Shown here piece after piece: positions 30,479 to 38,715 of a stretch of 64,000 bases of DNA (the stretch's first letter is position 1; the number at the start of each line of letters is the position of its first letter). This stretch comes from Opitutales bacterium UBA2995 (GTDB lineage Bacteria > Verrucomicrobiota > Verrucomicrobiia > Opitutales > UBA2995), in the NCBI GenBank assembly GCA_002346535.1, contig DDZZ01000009.1, positions 6,891-70,890 on the forward strand. Reading direction: 5' to 3'. Under the pieces are notes generated by a model. It made no database searches. It was not told the origin of the DNA and saw nothing but the letters and a program-made list of their open reading frames with translations. Made by a program: the position numbers and the translations under genes.

Positions 30479-31966
30479 ATGTCGAACCATACTTCTTCAA
30501 AGATATCCCGCCGTACATTCGGAAAAAAGACAGCATCCGCTGCATCTGCGGCCTTTGCTTTTCAATTTATCCCTTCTAGAGCCTGGGGCAATTTAACCAA
30601 GCCAACAATGGTCGGAATCGGATCCGGTGGTAAGGGCCGTTCGGACATCGCCAACAGCGAATTGGCCGGTTTTGACATCGTCGGACTGGTTGATGTGGTA
30701 GACGTAAAAAAGTTCGGAGCAAACAAAAAAAACAACCGTCGCGAAAATGTTTTGATTGAATCGAGGGAAGCCTATCCGGATGTCCCCTTCTGGACGGATT
30801 ACCGTGAAATGTTCGCCGACATGGGCGATAAGGTCGATGCCGTCACGGTGTCTACTCCCGATCACCACCATTTTCATGCCTCAGTCATGGCGATGCAGGC
30901 AGGCAAACACGTATACTGCCAGAAGCCGTTGACTCATGGTATCTGGGAAGCACGGATGATGTCCGAGGTTGCTTCTCAAACGGGTGTAAAGACCCAGATG
31001 GGCAATCAAGCACATGCTGAAGATCATATGCGGCGATGCGTTGAACTGATTCGGTCGGGCATTATTGGTAAGGTTCGCGACGTTCATACCTGGACAAACC
31101 GTCCGATTTGGCCGCAAGGATTTGCCAATCCACCTCAAAAGCAAAAAGTCCCCAAATGGATAGATTGGAAGCAATGGGTCGGTCCAGCTGGTCACGTGGA
31201 TTACAATGAAAACATAGCACCCTTCTCCTGGCGCGGTTGGTGGGAATACGGCACTGGAGCTCTGGGTGACATGGCCTGCCACATTATGGACATGCCTTAC
31301 TGGGCTTTGATGCCAGGTGCTCCCAAAAATGTAAAAGCTGAGCAAGCCGGAGCGACTGAGTTCTCGCCTCCAATCAATTCTAAAATTGTTTGGGAATTTG
31401 GTCCAAGCGAACACACCCATAGTCGGGGTGTACGTTTTAATTGGTACGATGGCTATGTGGATGCTCATTTTGATCCTGAAATTTGGGCGCTTATAAAAGA
31501 GAGCGAAGAGTACAACCACCCGAGTCCGAGTATTTTGGATGGTCGACCATTCAATGAATACGGCTGTGTAGTCGTAGGCGAGGAGGGTAAAATGTTTTTC
31601 CACCGTCAAAATAACAATTGGGTAGTGAACCCAACCAGCATAGTTGACGGATATTCATGGCCAGCCCAGTCCCTGCCAAGAGCCAGAGGTGATGACAAAT
31701 ACAAGAATCACAATGAATGGTTCGATACAATTGCCGGGAAGCTCGTCAAAGGACAATCAAACTTTGAACTTGCCGGCCCCTTTACCGAAATGATTCTCCT
31801 AGGTGTATTGGCACAGCGGGTACCCAATGAGAATCTTGAATGGGACCATAAAAACATGGAGATCGTTGGACGTCCGGAACTCAAGAAATACATCCAGCGG
31901 GATTATACCAAGGATTGGGAGGCCGAGGTTTCCGGTGCTGGTAAAATTTCCTTCGCCGCTCTTTAG
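30479..31966 (+). CDS. Gfo/Idh/MocA-family oxidoreductase with a twin-arginine signal
   Basis: MSNHTSSKISRRTFGKKTASAASAAFAF; Rossmann region GIGSGGKG...VSTPDHHH. The track start at 30317 adds 54 unrelated codons. Confidence 0.85.
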   Translation: MSNHTSSKISRRTFGKKTASAASAAFAFQFIPSRAWGNLTKPTMVGIGSGGKGRSDIANSELAGFDIVGLVDVVDVKKFGANKKNNRRENVLIESREAYPDVPFWTDYREMFADMGDKVDAVTVSTPDHHHFHASVMAMQAGKHVYCQKPLTHGIWEARMMSEVASQTGVKTQMGNQAHAEDHMRRCVELIRSGIIGKVRDVHTWTNRPIWPQGFANPPQKQKVPKWIDWKQWVGPAGHVDYNENIAPFSWRGWWEYGTGALGDMACHIMDMPYWALMPGAPKNVKAEQAGATEFSPPINSKIVWEFGPSEHTHSRGVRFNWYDGYVDAHFDPEIWALIKESEEYNHPSPSILDGRPFNEYGCVVVGEEGKMFFHRQNNNWVVNPTSIVDGYSWPAQSLPRARGDDKYKNHNEWFDTIAGKLVKGQSNFELAGPFTEMILLGVLAQRVPNENLEWDHKNMEIVGRPELKKYIQRDYTKDWEAEVSGAGKISFAAL

Positions 31967-32009
31967 ACGTCCACCGAGTTCAATTAACGACAAATCGAAT
32001 TTTTGTAGG

Positions 32010-32036
32010 ATAGGAGCTTGCTCCTCTCCTATTTTT
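32010..32036 (+). terminator. candidate intrinsic terminator after the Gfo/Idh/MocA gene
   Basis: ATAGGAG/CTCCTAT 7-bp stem with a 9-nt loop, followed by T5. Confidence 0.5.
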
Positions 32037-32057
32037 AGGTGAACAGATCGCAGCTAA

Positions 32058-32560
32058 GTGTCCTCTGAAGCTTTTATTGCCAAACCGGGTGAGGACGCAT
32101 ACATTGGAGCTGAGTACTGCGTGATGGATAGAGTGTTGGAAATAGCTGCCAGGCAACCCTTCGAGACTCTTTTGCAATCGCGGTTAAATGAGTCATTAGG
32201 CCTGAAGCACACGACTTATTTCCCAAGCAATGAAAACGGAATATAGCAACCGGTTCTGTCAATGGAGGGATTTACAAAGCTACACCTCATTTTTCAGAAC
32301 CGTCTAAACCGCCATTGATTGTAGGAAGCGTTTATATTCAACGGCCGGAGACTGTTCAATTTCCCTTCAGGCAGCCCTAACGCAAATCTGGACAGGTAAT
32401 TCTCACGGAGGCTGAACTCTTTGCCACTTACACAACTCCTTACAGTGAAAGGAAGAACTACGCATAGGGGTGAAGTCAACTGAGAGCCCATGGAAAGGCT
32501 TTTGGTTTGACGCACTCGAGAGCTTTGGCTACTAGTCGAGCTGTCTTTTATATCAATCAT
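32058..32560 (+). pseudogene. remnant of a beta-lactamase-family serine hydrolase lacking the N-terminal SxxK part
   Basis: 32058-32246 reads FIAKPGEDAYIGAEYCVMDRVLEIAARQPFETLLQSRLNESLGLKHTTYF (family pattern PG..f.Y.n..y.lL..iiE...G.s...f....i..PLGm..T.f). Weaker similarity continues in shifted frames. Confidence 0.45.
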
Positions 32561-32696
32561 CAAAACGGAGTTTACTTGGCAATCCTGTATACATTGTGGA
32601 ATTTGTATCAAAGCTTGCCCTATGGATGTGCTCAGTTTTGACAACGATGCACGTAAGGATAAAAGCAATACAACATCTACATCTCCTTGGGGATAA
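32511..32696 (+). pseudogene. orphan 4Fe-4S ferredoxin-type motif fragment
   Basis: A 61-codon frame without an ATG reads ...KTEFTWQSCIHCGICIKACPMDVLSFDND. The CxxCxxCxxxCP motif is encoded at 32586-32621. Confidence 0.35.
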
Positions 32697-32790
32697 CATC
32701 TCATGCAGAGGCACAATGCCGCATAGACGGGGTCACTCGGGGATGGACAGATGTTTCTAAAATGCTAGGCTTTCATTAGAATCTACGCAA

Positions 32791-34185
32791 ATGAAACACA
32801 TTAGGATATTTCCAATTTTTGGGATCGGAAACCTAATTTTCCTTCTCATTTTATTAACTGCCTGTGGGGGGCAAAAATCGAACACTTCCATTTCACAGGA
32901 ATCCACTAAACCCAATATCATCTTTATTATGGCAGATGATTTGGGCTATGGTGATTTGGGCTCGTTTGGACAAAAGGTGATTCAAACGCCCAGTCTGGAT
33001 AAAATGGCAATTGAGGGGACTCGTTTTACCGATTGTTATGCGGGTTCAACGGTGTGCGCACCCTCACGTTCCGTGCTTATGACTGGGCTGCATACCGGTC
33101 ACACCACAGTACGCGGAAATTTTGGAAAGCATGGTGTAGTCGGCCTAGGTGGTGGAAATGGTCGCGTTCCTTTGGAGGCTGACGATGTAACTGTAGCCGA
33201 AGTTCTCAAATCAGTAGGCTATGTTAACGGCATGACAGGTAAATGGGGACTTGGTGAGCCAGATACGACCGGCCATCCCAATGACCAGGGCTTCGACGAG
33301 TGGTTTGGCTATCTAAACCAGCGCAAAGCCCATTCCTACTATCCGGATTTTATTTGGAGGAACAAGGAAAAGGTGGAATTTCCCGAAAATGCCGACGGAA
33401 AAAAAGTCACCTATAGCCACGATTTGTTTACCGATTTTGCCCTCGATTTTGTGACACGTCACAAAGATGAGCCCTTCTTTCTCTATATTCCTTACACCAT
33501 TCCGCATGCGCGGTATGAAATTCCAGTTACTGCTCCCTATACCGATGAGCCCTGGACAGACGACGAAAAGGTCCAGGCTGCAATGATTACACGAATGGAT
33601 CGTCATATCGGTAGTCTCTTTCAATTACTCAAGGATTTGGAAATCGATGAAAATACAATCGTGTTTTTCTGCTCGGATAATGGAGCCGCCGAACGTTGGG
33701 AAGGCCGCTTTGATGCTTCGGGCATATTGCAGGGTCGCAAACGAGATATGTATGAAGGTGGAATTCGCACACCGATGATCGTTCGTTGGCCCGGAAAGGT
33801 AGCCGCGGGAGCGACTGACGACTTGGCTTGGTATTTTGCCGATGTCTTGCCAACACTCGCTGACCTCGCCGGTGCGGAATCACAAGACAATATCGATGGG
33901 GTCAGTGTTCTGCCGACGCTTCTCGGGAAGAGCCAGGATCTCTCTGATCGGTTCATGTATTGGGAGTTTCATGAAAGAACGTTCCAGCAAGCCATTCGGC
34001 AGGGGAAGTGGAAAGCTATTTGCTCAGGTTTAGGAGCTCCGCTTCAACTCTATGATTTATCGAAGGATATCTCCGAAAGTAACAATGTTGCTGATGAGAA
34101 TCCTCAAATAGTCGCAGAGTTGGAATCCCTTCTGAAGACAGCGCGTAGCCCATCGAAAAACTGGCCTGTGGAAGGATTGGACTAG
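32791..34185 (+). CDS. arylsulfatase-type sulfatase lipoprotein (canonical CAPSR)
   Basis: Lipobox LLTACGG; IIFIMADDLGYGDLG...STVCAPSRSVLMTGLHTGH. Confidence 0.9.
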   Translation: MKHIRIFPIFGIGNLIFLLILLTACGGQKSNTSISQESTKPNIIFIMADDLGYGDLGSFGQKVIQTPSLDKMAIEGTRFTDCYAGSTVCAPSRSVLMTGLHTGHTTVRGNFGKHGVVGLGGGNGRVPLEADDVTVAEVLKSVGYVNGMTGKWGLGEPDTTGHPNDQGFDEWFGYLNQRKAHSYYPDFIWRNKEKVEFPENADGKKVTYSHDLFTDFALDFVTRHKDEPFFLYIPYTIPHARYEIPVTAPYTDEPWTDDEKVQAAMITRMDRHIGSLFQLLKDLEIDENTIVFFCSDNGAAERWEGRFDASGILQGRKRDMYEGGIRTPMIVRWPGKVAAGATDDLAWYFADVLPTLADLAGAESQDNIDGVSVLPTLLGKSQDLSDRFMYWEFHERTFQQAIRQGKWKAICSGLGAPLQLYDLSKDISESNNVADENPQIVAELESLLKTARSPSKNWPVEGLD

Positions 34186-34230
34186 ACAAAATACCTTGAG
34201 GCTAAACCAAATTATTAAAAAATTCTTCTC

Positions 34231-35913
34231 ATGATTATGACGAATAATAGGTGTCCTTGGTTTGGGATTGTGGCCGCCAGCTTACTATTTCTTGTTACCG
34301 GTACATTTGCTCAAGGCAAACCCAACATCCTTTACGTCACCTTTGATGACATGAACGATTGGGTCGGGGTCCTAGGGGGGCACCCACAGATTCAGACTCC
34401 CCATATCGATCGACTGGCCGAACGGGGTGTTCTTTTTACCAACGCCCATTGTGTGGTCCCTGCTTGTAGCGGATCACGGGCGGCTAATTGGACGGGATTA
34501 AACCCGGTGAACAATCAGGTATACGGTAACGGACAGAGAATTGAGAGAACGATGCCTGATGCGGTAATGCTGCCCAAAGACTTGGAAAACCAGGGTTATG
34601 TCACTTTCGGAACAGGAAAACTTTTTCACGGCAACAATGAGGCCAGGTTTACCGAGTATGGCCCCACCTACAACAAGTGGTGGCCGATTACCTCTAAAGA
34701 GACCAAAATTTTAAAAAGCGCAATCCAGACGGGAGGTCCCTACGTCAAACACTACATTCCCAGGTTGGGTATTACTTTGCCCCTCAACAAAATGCCTCGC
34801 GATCGCAACAAAGGCTCTACAACCATTGAGTCTTTTGATTGGGGAATTATCGATCGTCCCGATGAAGAATTTACTGATACTCTTTGCGTAAACTACACCA
34901 TTGAGAAACTCAATCAGAAATACGACAAACCTTTTTTCCTCGGACTCGGCATCTACAGGCCTCATCAGCCCCTTTGGGTGCCCAAGCGATTTCATGATCT
35001 TTATCCTTCCGAGTCTGTTCAACTACCGGAAATTTACCAGGGCGACCTGCGCGACGTTCCCGAAATTGCCCAGGGTTTCGGACGTTATGCGGTAACCAGC
35101 GGCTCTCACAAAACAACCGTTGAGTGGGGGCAATGGCGTAATGCGGTCAGTGCGTACATGGCGAGCATCAGTTATGCGGATGCGCAATTGGGAAGGGTAC
35201 TTGAAGCTCTAGATGCCTCGCCATATGCCGACAATACTTTGATTGTGGTTTGGTCGGATCACGGTTGGCATTTGGGTGAAAAAGAACACTGGGGGAAATT
35301 TACAGGTTGGGAACCGTCTACGCGGGTCCCGTTGATTATTGTTCCACCCAAAAATGCACAACCACAGGGATTTAAACCCGGTACCCGAACCAATCTACCG
35401 GTAACCTTGCTAGATGTGTATCCCACAGTCATGGATGTTTTGGGTGCTAAAAAACGTAAGGACCTCGATGGGCACTCACTAGTCCCTCTCCTTATGAATC
35501 CAAATGCAGAGTGGGATCATCCTGCTATCACCGCGATCGGTCGAGGGACTTGGTCGATTCGCGATAGTCAGTGGCGCTTCATTCAATATTTCGACGGAAC
35601 CAGGGAACTGTATGATTTGGAGAATGATCCGGAGGAGTGGAGAAATTTGGTTCAGGACAAGCAATTCATCGGTGTCGTGAAACGCTTATCGAAGCATCTA
35701 CCTGTCGACAATAACTGGAAGCACTTCGTGCGCTATGGAGAATTCAAAGCCATAGTCCCTACTGACGGATCGCCGATACTTCTCTACGGACCTGCGGAAA
35801 GTATAATCTACGAATCGAAGGACGTTTCCAAGAAGTATCCGGATGTAGTGAAAAAGATCGAAGCCTACCTAAAAGAAAACAAAATTTCCCGACAAAGGGT
35901 GAATATTAACTAA
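34231..35913 (+). CDS. sulfatase with a non-canonical motif C-S-G-S-R
   Basis: NILYVTFDDMNDW...VVPACSGSRAANWTG (motif codons 34465-34479)...WSDHGWHLGEKEHWGK...LYDLENDPEEWRNL. Confidence 0.85.
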   Translation: MIMTNNRCPWFGIVAASLLFLVTGTFAQGKPNILYVTFDDMNDWVGVLGGHPQIQTPHIDRLAERGVLFTNAHCVVPACSGSRAANWTGLNPVNNQVYGNGQRIERTMPDAVMLPKDLENQGYVTFGTGKLFHGNNEARFTEYGPTYNKWWPITSKETKILKSAIQTGGPYVKHYIPRLGITLPLNKMPRDRNKGSTTIESFDWGIIDRPDEEFTDTLCVNYTIEKLNQKYDKPFFLGLGIYRPHQPLWVPKRFHDLYPSESVQLPEIYQGDLRDVPEIAQGFGRYAVTSGSHKTTVEWGQWRNAVSAYMASISYADAQLGRVLEALDASPYADNTLIVVWSDHGWHLGEKEHWGKFTGWEPSTRVPLIIVPPKNAQPQGFKPGTRTNLPVTLLDVYPTVMDVLGAKKRKDLDGHSLVPLLMNPNAEWDHPAITAIGRGTWSIRDSQWRFIQYFDGTRELYDLENDPEEWRNLVQDKQFIGVVKRLSKHLPVDNNWKHFVRYGEFKAIVPTDGSPILLYGPAESIIYESKDVSKKYPDVVKKIEAYLKENKISRQRVNIN

Positions 35914-36911
35914 GGCTTATTTCGGCTATGGATCACGTTGGCTACGGCTTTAGCGAGTAGCTCGTGTCCAGATGCATTGGGGTGAACCCAATCTATAAAG
36001 AGTTGTTCTCCGGTTTTACTGCTGTATTCTTTAAATAGCTGGTGTGCGTTAACGTGAGCCAAGTCCCTGGTTTTGGCAACTTCCATTACGGTCGTTTGAT
36101 ACTCCTTTAATATTGGGTACTTTGTCGCTGTTGGTTCAGGCAGAGGAGGGACGATGAGCACGATACTTTTGGAGCTGGCTTGGCATAAATCGATCATTGT
36201 TTCCAAGTTTTCTCGAAATGCTACAAGAGGTACACGCGGGCCATCGGGCGCTTCACCGGCTGCGATGCGTTCAAAGTCAATCGGATTTTGCCTTTGGAGC
36301 GTATTTCTTATCAATTGTGCAATCCTGGTCTGAGCAAGGATTTTACCGCGCACGTGATCACTTTGCCTAACGGCAGGAAGGCCGTCATTCCAGGCACCAC
36401 AATACAGTATGGAAATATCCGGATTCCATTCTGAGACATGCTTTTCTATTAACAGGCGGTTTTGGTAGGTTGAGTAACCGACCATCGCCGCAAGGATGGG
36501 TTCGACTTCAAGGTCCGCATTTTCCTGCAATAATTTTTGTTTCAATTGGTGGGCGTAAGATTCTTCAAGTGAAACTCCTGCTCCAAATGTACAAGAATCA
36601 CCGATACAGACTAGTCTGACCGTGTTCTCATTCTTTTCACCTTCCGGAAGTTTGCCACGAAGGCCGAGGTAGTTGGCATCGGTCCCTGGAAACTCGGGAT
36701 CCATTTTCCAGAAAAGTTCGTTGTCTGGAATCATCTGAGCTCCAAACTCGTTAAAGACTTCGTTCACTTTGAAATCCGGAGTTACAAAACGAAACTCGTT
36801 CGGTGATGCAGGTATGTCTAGAACATTCAGGGTTGCTTCGACTGCCAGTAGAGCCGATGCTATTGCAAACCCAATCAAGGTCCATTTTGCGGGATTCTTT
36901 GGTTGCTCCAT
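35910..36911 (-). CDS. SGNH/GDSL-family hydrolase with an N-terminal membrane anchor
   Basis: TM helix (WTLIGFAIASALLAV); block I CIGDSCTFG; block V DWVHPNASGHELLA. The stop overlaps the convergent sulfatase stop. Confidence 0.8.
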   Translation of the reverse strand: MEQPKNPAKWTLIGFAIASALLAVEATLNVLDIPASPNEFRFVTPDFKVNEVFNEFGAQMIPDNELFWKMDPEFPGTDANYLGLRGKLPEGEKNENTVRLVCIGDSCTFGAGVSLEESYAHQLKQKLLQENADLEVEPILAAMVGYSTYQNRLLIEKHVSEWNPDISILYCGAWNDGLPAVRQSDHVRGKILAQTRIAQLIRNTLQRQNPIDFERIAAGEAPDGPRVPLVAFRENLETMIDLCQASSKSIVLIVPPLPEPTATKYPILKEYQTTVMEVAKTRDLAHVNAHQLFKEYSSKTGEQLFIDWVHPNASGHELLAKAVANVIHSRNKP

Positions 36912-36968
36912 TTTTACCCAAAGATTTTCAAAAAATAGTTGGTTTCTTGGGAAACAATTTCCAAGAAA

Positions 36969-38579
36969 TTATCCATCCATTTTGCCTGTCGACACCGGTT
37001 TTTCTTCTTTTCCTACCGTCGTCATAGGCTTGAGCTTGATCGCCGTTTGGCCGTTGCCCAAAGCACGCGATTTATTTCTGAGCTTAAACTTACGGCGTGT
37101 TTCCTGCAGAAAGGATTCTATCTTGGAAGTTTCCCTGCCGTGCAAAAAATTCCAGAAAATGGTGAATATGCGTTTTGGGCGGAAGAAAAAGCTGTTCAGG
37201 TAAAAAGCCGCCACTACCCGGTATTTCCAGAAGGTCAATTGCTTGGCTGTAAAGGGATCACAAAATTTCCTGTCCTCAGTGAGAAACTTGTTGTGCACGT
37301 AGATGGGCAGCTTGAGGAAATTATCGTCGTAGTTGATTTTGCCTTCGGATTCCAGCTGGGATGTTATTTCCGTGCTTGGTAGAGGAAAAAAGAATCCTGC
37401 CGATACATCATCGATTCCTGCTCGACCTAACCGAGCTGCCAATTTCACTGTGGCTTTCATATCTTCGATCTCGTCTGTTGGATAGGCTAAAACGAAAAAA
37501 GCTCCCACGTTCAGGCCCGCTTTTACGGACGCGTGCACTGCCCTGAAAAGTTTTTCATCGGTGAGCATTTTTTTCATGTGCTTACGCGTGCGCTCACTTC
37601 CTGATTCTGGCGCAAAGTTGAGTGATTTGCATCCACTGCGCACAAGCAGTTCAGCCACCTCCTCGTCAATCACTTCACTGCGGGTACCTGCAGGTAATTG
37701 CCAGGTGATATCCAGACCGCGTGTTTCAATCTCATCGCAAAAATCTACCACCCATTGGCGCTTTAAAATCGCCGTTAGATCCTGAAAGGGAAAATTGTTT
37801 GCTCCGTACTTTTCGTGATAATATTCGATTTCGTCGGCTACCTGCTTAGGTGTCCGCGCATACCAACGCGTCGTCCACATGTTGGGCGAGCTGCAGTAGG
37901 TGCATTGATAAGGGCAACCGCGTGTTGCTAATATGGGTACTGTCTTCCCGTAGTAGATTCCGCTGACCAGTCGGTTGGTAGAGTAGGCCTCTACATCGAA
38001 ATACTCCCAGGCCGGCCATGGTATTTCATCGACCTTGCGAATGCGATTGCGCCGTTCGTTCTTTTGCAGCGTGTCGTTGGTCTGACGGTATACGACTCCT
38101 GGAATACCCGAGACTTCGGTTTTGTTTTGTAAGGCTTCAAACAAGGCGATGGCGGTTTCTTCGCCTTCGCCCAAGACCAGGTAATCGATGGGCGCTTGCT
38201 CGATCGATAGTTCCGGGGCAGCCGTGAAATGTTCGCCACCGCAAACGATCGGGATCTCAGAAAAAGTCTCTTTTATGCGGTGAATCAGTTCGCGGACGAT
38301 GGGCCATGAATAAGACCACATGCTTGTCAGGCCAAACGCTTCTGTTTTCGGGTCGATCCTTTGGATGATTTCTTCTGGAGTCAGTCCTAGTCGGTAAATA
38401 TCTCCGTCTTGAATCATTTGCTCCGGCGCGCATCCCAAGGCATCCACAACCTCGATTTGGTGACCTTCATCCCTCAGAACAGAGGCTATATAAGCTAATC
38501 CGAGCGGAAGGCTGGGGCGCAAGGCAGTCAGTCCCTCTTTATTGATATAAACCGGCGGATGGATCAAAGTCACCTTCAT
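36969..38579 (-). CDS. B12-binding-domain radical SAM protein (class B)
   Basis: N-terminal B12-like Rossmann region (LPLGLAYIASVLRDEGHQIEVVD...PIVCGGEHFT); radical SAM site ATRGCPYQCTYCSSP; hydrophobic C-terminal tail. 536 aa. Confidence 0.85.
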   Translation of the reverse strand: MKVTLIHPPVYINKEGLTALRPSLPLGLAYIASVLRDEGHQIEVVDALGCAPEQMIQDGDIYRLGLTPEEIIQRIDPKTEAFGLTSMWSYSWPIVRELIHRIKETFSEIPIVCGGEHFTAAPELSIEQAPIDYLVLGEGEETAIALFEALQNKTEVSGIPGVVYRQTNDTLQKNERRNRIRKVDEIPWPAWEYFDVEAYSTNRLVSGIYYGKTVPILATRGCPYQCTYCSSPNMWTTRWYARTPKQVADEIEYYHEKYGANNFPFQDLTAILKRQWVVDFCDEIETRGLDITWQLPAGTRSEVIDEEVAELLVRSGCKSLNFAPESGSERTRKHMKKMLTDEKLFRAVHASVKAGLNVGAFFVLAYPTDEIEDMKATVKLAARLGRAGIDDVSAGFFFPLPSTEITSQLESEGKINYDDNFLKLPIYVHNKFLTEDRKFCDPFTAKQLTFWKYRVVAAFYLNSFFFRPKRIFTIFWNFLHGRETSKIESFLQETRRKFKLRNKSRALGNGQTAIKLKPMTTVGKEEKPVSTGKMDG

Positions 38580-38715
38580 ACAAACGGTTTAATGAGTGGA
38601 TTGGTTGGTTGAGTTTACATGCAGGGCGAACATGGCGCATCAAAATCACTGGCGATAACCGATGATTTGTCAAATAGGAGTTGCATCCCAAAAGAGCCTG
38701 AGAAATTGTTCCAAA

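Noticed and set aside
35910-35913. Convergent genes whose stop codons overlap (TTAA read as TAA on both strands).
   Set aside because: It is real in the sequence but is a common consequence of tight packing. There is no hairpin or other signal associated with it.
36969-38579. The radical SAM gene next to two sulfatases as an anaerobic sulfatase-maturating enzyme.
   Set aside because: anSMEs are SPASM-domain proteins of about 400 aa with an N-terminal CxxxCxxC. This protein has an N-terminal B12-binding-like domain, a mid-protein cluster site and no SPASM Cys-rich tail. It is also convergent to the sulfatases.
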